The notes beneath the pieces were generated by a model. It made no database searches. It had not been told where the DNA came from and saw only the letters and a list, made by a program, of their open reading frames with translations. Source: Chromera velia (lineage: Eukaryota). From it: a stretch of DNA of 54,478 bases. The position numbers and the translations under genes are program-made. The stretch lies in NCBI GenBank assembly GCA_018398765.1, contig JAHBMJ010000172.1:1-54478 (forward strand). The letters are read 5' to 3'. Within the stretch, counting starts at the first letter, position 1. Each line of letters opens with the position of its first letter. Below, one piece after another: positions 47,435-54,478 of the stretch.

Positions 47435-48275
47435 TAGGGCTGGGAAAAGCTTCATTTAAAAAAGGTTCAAATATGAAAAAGTGAGCCTTTTGAACCTGAT
47501 TTGAACTTGTTGAACCTGGTGAACCTGTTTTAACTTGAAACGTGTTTTCGGGACTATGCCAGGCATGCCTAGGACCATGCATGCACACACGGCCTGGTGA
47601 CGGCCACTAAAACAAGCCTGGCCAAGCCAACGCGCGTCGCCCGCGGCTTAAGAGAAATAAAGAGCCAGAGCTGGGTGAATTTATTAAATAACAACTGTTT
47701 CTAGCCGTTCTAATCAATTGATGAATGTGCTTTCTGGCCGGGCCCGGGTAATTGGGGTGACAATGGGGTCAACCGAACCATAAAGGCGCCGACTTAAGAG
47801 CCACTGGCCAGGCTAGGCCATAGGCTGGGGGCGTAGCAGGGTTAAAGGGTAGCTGGGGTTAGACAAGGGGGTTAGAGGCGGCTGCCGGCCAGGGGGGGCA
47901 GACAAGGCTGGGTGGGGCGGGGCCGGCCTAGCTGGGCTTGCAAGAAGACCAGTTAGGTCGGACCCTAGGCCGGACCGGTCAATAAATCAGATCCAGCGTC
48001 GAACTTACATTTTCATTTTAAGTTTTACGATTTTTAGATAAATCAGATTACTTGTATATATGTTTTTTTAAGAAATTGTGTCTAACAAACAAGAGAAAAG
48101 CGCTAAAAGCACTAAAACTAGCAGTAAGACGCTGAAAAAATATATAAAAACTCAAAATACACTATCAAAAACTGCTAGTAGTTTGCACTTATTAAAAGTA
48201 AACCTGTTTTTTAATCCTGATTCAGGTTCATTACTTCGAAGTGAACCTTAAACCTTGAACTTTTTTTTAGCACTA
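47435..48275. mobile_element. Possible decayed hAT-like non-autonomous element
   Basis: Left end TAGGGCTGGGAAAA versus right end TTTTTTTAGCACTA (matches the reverse complement if 3 C>T plus 1 other change). TGAAC(C/T)T repeats cluster near both ends. No TSD found. Confidence 0.4.
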
Positions 48276-49071
48276 AATTATAATTGATTTTTTGCTAGCT
48301 TTTTTGGAACTGTGCTATGTGTTGGGCTAGGTGTTCGGACTATACTTCACTGTCCAGCTTCTAATTTTAATTTAGCTACAAGTACGTTTGTATCTAGGCT
48401 TATAATTTTATTTTTTGCTAGGTTTCTTGCTTTATAACTACGCTAATAATATACTATATAATACATAAAAAAAAAAATGGATCAAAACAATGCGTCGGTG
48501 GTATCAAATTCAAAGTCGTATGATGGCTAGGCCCTAGCTAAGCTGGCATCCTGAATGATTATAGGCTAAATCTTGATAAGTCTAGAATTAGGAATATAAT
48601 AACGAGCAGTAGTATATTATTACCTTTTATTCAACCAAAATTAAGTTCAATTCAAATCAAAACCAAAATTATGTTATGACAATCAGATCCATATTATGAG
48701 GATGCGATTTTCGGGCGGTTCCCAGCATATTTACTTGCCTTGTGCCCTAGCTTGTGGCAGCTTGTGCCCCGGCTTAGGCTACTTTAATGCTTCGCCACAG
48801 TTGAAGTTCGCCGGGATATGTTCAAGTATTTTATAGCCAACGCGATTCACACTTTGAATCCCTGTAGTCTGTGCGATACCCTTGCAACACTCAACATCAG
48901 TGGACTCATCCGCTTCCCTCGGAATCTCTCCGCTGTCCCACAATATTTGAAGGTGTTCAGACATACAAGGGCGCAGCTCATTCCCCCTCCTTCCACTTCC
49001 CCTCTTCTTCCATTCCCACACTGGATGCATGACGTGGAACTTCACTTGCAAGTTGCAACAGTGCGCTCTTC

Positions 49072-51727
49072 CTAATACTTGTTGACATTCGTTTCGCAGA
49101 CGTCCCAAATTTGTGGGACTCCTGGATCCGCTCCCCCCCCTTCCGAGGCTGCTGCAAGGAGACGCCATCTGCCTGCCTCCCACGCCGACCCCCGGGTCTC
49201 CCTTTCTCTCCTCCTCGTCTCTCTCTCCTCTGTGGAAAGACAAGGAGAGGGCCTGAACAATCCTCTGACGACAATGGGGGAACAGGGAACCTGAAGTCCC
49301 CCCTCTGCCCCCCTGCGTCCAGTTTGAATTCCCTTTCCCGAGAGGAAATTACAAACCCCCCCACTGCTGTGACCACCAATCTCTCTGTGACTGCTGCTCT
49401 GATGGGTCTCTGCCCCCCTCGCCCCATCTCTCTGTGGTGATGCCGGAAGGATCATCGGCAGCACAGGAGACACAAACCTCAAAGGTTCTGCTGCTGCGTC
49501 GATGTGCTCCCACGTCGTCTGGTCATCTTCCGCCCCTTCCCCTGACTCCCCTCCCCCCCCAGGCACGTTCCTCACCAGAGAGACGGCAGGAAGGGAGGCA
49601 GGGAGCAACTCGGATTCCAAAACCGTCTGTGCCAGTTCAAAAACAAAAAAACGACACTGACGGGAGATGGACCTCCCTCTTTTACCCTGCATGTGCGTGT
49701 GAGAGAAAGACCGCCCAAAATCCCCAACCAGCCCTCCCCTCAGAGATCCCACTGGGGACGCCCCCCCACTCTCAGCCTCCCCATACTCTGGTGATGTCTT
49801 TGCATTCCGAACACACCACGCGCCCTCTTCAGTGTTCATCCACGAGTGTAGAGGTGCCAGCAGAGACAGAGGATGCGATGTCACAGGGAATGAAGAAGAA
49901 CTAGATGCAGACACAGATTGGAGTGTGGCGGGGGCATTCAGGAGAGCCAGGGGGGCCCTGCTTGTTAGCTCGGAATGGTCTCTAGGTTCTTTGTCTCCCT
50001 GAACTGTTGCTGGACCCTGGTCAGAAGGGGAAAGAGGGCCCTTTTCCTTCGCTCTCAGGGGGAGTGGAACCTCAAGGGTGAAATTCTCTCGTAACAGTTC
50101 GCGCGCAAATCGAGCGGCAGGGCCCTGATCTCTGGGGTCCGATGGAAACAGAGCGGCAGGTGCTGCGCCGCCTGCGGAGACAATGGAAGTGAAGACGATG
50201 GCCTTGACTGGTGGGGTCCGAATGGCATCGAGAGATTGAAGTGCGAGTCTGACTAAGGGTTTCCAGTGGGCAAAGATTGTTTCGGTTGGGTGGAAGAAGG
50301 AGAGCGAATCGAGAAAAACAAAGAACTGTCGTTGGGGGGATTTAGGGACAGAGTGTGTGCTCCTTTCTGTTTGTGTTGTTCTTTTGGGTGTTGGGAAGAA
50401 GAGGGACTTGTAGTCCAGTCGGATGGTCTCAAGCGCCGCCAGAAGATCGAGGGGGTCTGCGACTTGTCTCACAAAGAGCCTCCTGTAAACAAACACAAAG
50501 AAAGAGCACAAGAAAGGAAAACTTGGTCCACTTTCAGTTTGTTTCTTAGCTGCTTTCGTTCACTTGTTGTAACATTCCGACCACTTGTTTCTCCTCCCGA
50601 GTGAATTTCAAAGCCGAAGAAGTATTTTGCAAGAAACGCCAATGCAAAATTTCGCAGCTTCAGGAGACAGGAGGCAAGTACAAGCCTGGCTCTTCTTTTT
50701 TCATTCATGACACTTTCATGAGGCCCTGGCGACTCCTTTCTCTGCATAAGACTTCTTCTCGCACGCTTTCTGGAAAGGTACTCGAATCTTCTTCTGATTG
50801 ACTCACTTGAGGCACGATCTCACAACCTCCCCTGAAGACGGTGAAACAGTCTCTAAATGCTTCTTCGACCCCCCCTTCTCTCCCTCTTCCCCTTCCTCCT
50901 GCCGCCTCTGCCAGTCTGACTTGTGCTGCTCTTGTTCCTTCCAAAATGCTCCCCCTCTTTTCGCCCTGTCTGCAAAAGCACCTTCCCCATCTCCCTGCAT
51001 CCCCACTTTCTCTTTCTCCTTCTCATCTGCCCCTTTCCGCCTCTTCTCCCGAGAGTCCACTTCCCTCTTCAAAAGACCAGCCATATTCCCCACAACGTCG
51101 CTGGACAGGTCACAGTCCAAGAAGGCCACCACACCCCCATACCCCCCAAGCCGCTCAGGGAGCAGACATTGCACGACCTGGTCCTGCACAGAGGGGAAGG
51201 AGGAAGAGGAGGAGGGGTGTCCAGACTAACTGACTGACTGACTGACAGACAGGCAGACAGACGAGGGTGAGTCTCTACGGTTCTTTCTCCATGCACATAA
51301 ACACATCCACGCGATTTCATTGATTGTTTGGAGACCTCGGCTCCCGATGTTGAGGTCCCTTTTTGATCGGGGGTGGGCATTGTGCAAATAAGCGAGGAAA
51401 GCGCGCTTCGCCTTCTGCATGAAGGACAAGGCAGACGGGCTGATTTGCATCATGGCAACAACGTCCTATGCAGGAAGAGGTTTTCGGATTCGATATCCAG
51501 CAAGTGATGAAGGAAGGCGTGACTTGCAGATCCAGACAGACGACTTTGGAGAACCCTGCAGGGTCTGTCTGGTGGGTCGACCTTCGCACATGCAGCTGAT
51601 TTTCGAAGGTCTTTTCGGCACAGAGAAATCCGTTGCAGGCAGGCACGTCGAATAGAGAGCGCAAATGTGAACCAGTCTCATAGCAGTCAGCCGAGCTTGG
51701 TGCAGAGACGGGCAGCCAAAAACACAA
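49072..51727 (-). CDS. XRCC2: XRCC2-like RAD51 paralog (5' end uncertain)
   Basis: Exon 50807-51183 carries CLLPERLGGYGGVVAFLDCDL and EVVRSCLK. It splices to exon 49072-50482 with RLFVRQVADPLDLLAALETI and FVFLDSLSFFH (Walker B). These match the XRCC2 pattern CILP..GG...V.FIDTD / CL.RF / LILDSLSAF. No clear Walker A exon was found. Confidence 0.62.
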
Positions 51728-52880
51728 AGGCGGGAAAGACCCAACTAACCATCAGACAGATCGTCTTCCCGGAACTACGTGCCCCCACGAAAACGGACGC
51801 ATCTCCAGGGCGCCAGGTGCGGCCTGCAAAAGCAAAGAACCCTTCTAGAAACGCAGGCGTATTACGTATTACAGATACATCAGCTTGTGAGCTGTTCGCC
51901 GAAAAAAAACATTCAGCCAGTCAGAAAAAAATCACAGAAATCTCTCTGTGTGCATTCTGTTGGCGAAACAGGAATACGAACAAAAACACACAGTACCCAG
52001 AACCCAAACCTTGCGGAGAGCGGAGAAACAACCTGCTGAAGCTAAAGAGCATCCGATAATCATTCTAGACTCTCATCCATCCGCGACGTACCGACGCATT
52101 GGCGCAAGAACTCCCTGTGAGGCGGCATGACGCGATTGCACTCCTGAAGGAATGCCTCCATCGTCGTGTCGCAGAACATTTTGCTGCGATCACAAGGTAA
52201 CGCGCCCCCTAAACGAAACTAAGTGAACCTGACAGAATTGGAATACAGGTTTTCACCCACTGATCATGCTTTTACTCAAGATCTTTCACGCGCCCTGGAT
52301 TGAAGAGGAGACGGCATCGAAAGAAGGGATGCATCTATTGGATCATTGAACCCGACAATATATATATATATATACGGGACAGCTAGCTCGATCTGGCAAT
52401 CAAAATTCACGGCAACTACGAACGTGGTACCAGCACCATCCAGCACCCGTATGCTGAAATGCCTGCATGGGATTTTACGCGGGGTGGGTCACTATTGGGT
52501 CACTGCTGAAGTTTGCTGAGTCGATCAATCATGTTCCTATTGCACTGTGCATGTGTAGACTGCGCGCGCCATGCGCGCGCCGCATCCCCCGACCGACCTC
52601 ATGCGCATGCACGAGCGGCTCCGCGGCGGCGCGCGGGCCCGCGCAGCCGCGGTCAGTCTGCTAATTAAGGCGATCAAGGTGTTGGAGACAGACTCATGCA
52701 TGCAGTCACTCAGACAGTACGTCGGTCGGAAAGATTGAAGCATTATTAGTCAATCCTCCAAAATTGCATTGCTTCTGACAAGCAGGCAGCGCAGGAATCC
52801 CCAAAGATCAAGTCGCCTTGGGACTCAAAGAGGCATTCTTCTTCGGAACCCCTCTTTGTTTTCTGTTTTGCACAGCCTCC

Positions 52881-53512
52881 ATGAATCTGAGCTTGCTGCG
52901 AGCATCCTCTGCACTGCGCTTGTCGGTTGCCAGAAGGGACCTCCTCCAGGGCCTGCAAAGACCTCCAGCGCTCAACCACAGTCGTTTCTTTCCACTGACC
53001 CTGTCTGTGAGGGACAGGAGTGGTCCAGAGGCTGATGTCTCTCGTCCTCCTTCCTGTCCATCACAGCTCCCCCCAGTGACCTTCTCGCCGTCTCCTCTTC
53101 CCGCAGATGGGCCCTCGCTCCCTGTGCCCGTCTACCCCCCAGTTCTGCCCGTCAGCCTGGACATAGATCGTCAAAGGGACGTCATAGACCTCTGGTGTAA
53201 GCACAAAACCCCGACGGCCCGGTATCCGCACAAGGTCAGGTGGTCTTTCAAGGCTATGTGGCCTTTGCTGTCTAGCCCTTTGTCTGTATGACTGCTTTTC
53301 TTTCCTTCCGCGATCTTTTGATTCGTTCCTGCACCTACGTTGCCACTTGATTACATGAATTAGCGATTCTGTGACACCTTTGATCGTTTGAATGCAACCG
53401 CCGCTTCTTTTCATTTGTGCAGGCGAACCGAGGAGCTCGGCCGACGTGCAACAGTATGAGGCAAATTCGAAAACGGCTGAGGACGGGAAGGGGGAATGGC
53501 CGCAAGGGCTGA
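52881..53512 (+). CDS. Small protein with transit-peptide-like N-terminus and very basic C-terminus; possible mitoribosomal protein
   Basis: Exons 52881-53234 and 53423-53512 give MNLSLLRASSALRLSVARR...KHKTPTARYPHKANRGARPTCNSMRQIRKRLRTGRGNGRKG* (147 aa). Confidence 0.6.
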
Positions 53513-54218
53513 AGAGAGGGATGGATAGAGCAAAGAACATGGATATGTGTAGGGAAGAGGGAGTAGAAGGAAGGAAGACCGTCAGCTCCCGTGTCTTTCT
53601 CTCGCCTCTGCTACGCCGGGGAGAGAGGGTATCTGGAGGCCAAGGGGAGAGAGGCACGAGAGACACCAAAAGATCGAGAGGTCGTGATTTCGTTTGACAT
53701 GCTCCTCTTCTTTGCTCCTCTTCTTTTCTTCTCCTCCTTCTCTTGTCTCTCTGTCTCTTTCAGCTGCACGCTTCGCATGTGAATGCATAAGGGACGTGTT
53801 GAGCGACGACCTTGTCCGAAAGGAGATAAAGAAGCAGCTTCGAAGCACTATCCTAGATTTTTTGTCCCGGAAGAGTTTTGTCCTGATTTCATGAATATAA
53901 TACAGCAGTGGCATTTTCTTTTTCGTGCTCGTGATCGAGTGAGTCCTCAAGACCAAGCACGAGAGGGGAAGCACATGGATCCCGTCATCATCATCGTCAT
54001 CAGCAACACAACACCAAATTTGCACAAGAACGGTGGAAGACCCCAGATTCGATCGCATTTTGCCTGAGTTCTGCAATTTCCTGTTCTTTCTCTTTATTCT
54101 CTCTGTTTTTAATATCTTCCCGTCTCTCCAACTTTTTTCTTTTTTTGTCCTCTCTCTGCTTCTGCTTTCTTTTTGCTTTCCTTTTTTCAAAAATCGTTCG
54201 TTCTCTTCCTCTCCTTTC

Positions 54219-54341
54219 TTAGAACTTTCTGCCTTCGCCTTCGGCACCTCCCGCACTCTCCCATTTACACATTCCCCCTGCCTCCCTCCCTTTATCCTGC
54301 CGTATCTCGGCCTTTGATTCGGGAGTGTGTGGACGAGGCTT
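54219..54341 (-). CDS. Probable terminal exon of a gene extending beyond the window
   Basis: A CAG acceptor follows a (CA)n intron-like tract, then 41 codons to TAA. The reading frame is uncertain. Confidence 0.3.
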   Translation of the reverse strand, partial: KPRPHTPESKAEIRQDKGREAGGMCKWESAGGAEGEGRKF

Positions 54342-54349
54342 CTGGGTGG

Positions 54350-54401
<52 letters not shown>

Positions 54402-54478
54402 GTGTGCGTGTGTGTGTGTAGTGTGTGTGTAGTTAGTGTGTGTGTAGTTAGTGTGTGTGTAGTTAGTGTGTGTGTAGT

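Noticed and set aside
54411..54478. (GT)nAGTTA tandem repeat at the window end as a telomere
   Set aside because: Not a TTAGGG/TTTAGGG-type repeat; it resembles the other intronic GT microsatellites.
1..54478. tRNA, rRNA or spliced-leader RNA genes
   Set aside because: No cloverleaf, rRNA-conserved or SL-like sequence was recognised by eye; a covariance-model scan was not possible.

Overview
Eukaryotic, intron-rich genomic DNA with microsatellite-filled introns. The style most resembles the chromerid alveolate Chromera velia; this is an inference and was not verified. Manual splicing gives about ten protein genes: a mitochondrial RMD1/RMND1 (DUF155) protein, an intronless bacterial-like membrane protein, a secreted DUF2237-like protein whose last intron holds five 354-bp tandem units, a DUS1-like tRNA-dihydrouridine synthase, a large coiled-coil protein, a secreted fasciclin (FAS1) protein, an RfnT-like MFS transporter, an XRCC2-like RAD51 paralog, a small basic probably mitochondrial protein, and a partial terminal exon. 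A full-length but dead Ty1/copia retrotransposon lies at 30173-37101, with a 5-bp ATCAA TSD and non-canonical AA..CT LTR ends. It is interrupted by a nested hAT-like element (34593-35676, 8-bp TSD). There is also a Harbinger-type MITE at 14273-14500. The most striking signal is that transposon repeats differ almost only by C>T/G>A transitions: 15/15 LTR mismatches, 4/4 MITE TIR mismatches, and 12 transition-reachable stops without a frameshift across about 3.5 kb of pol. This suggests a RIP-like or methylation-driven repeat hypermutation system.
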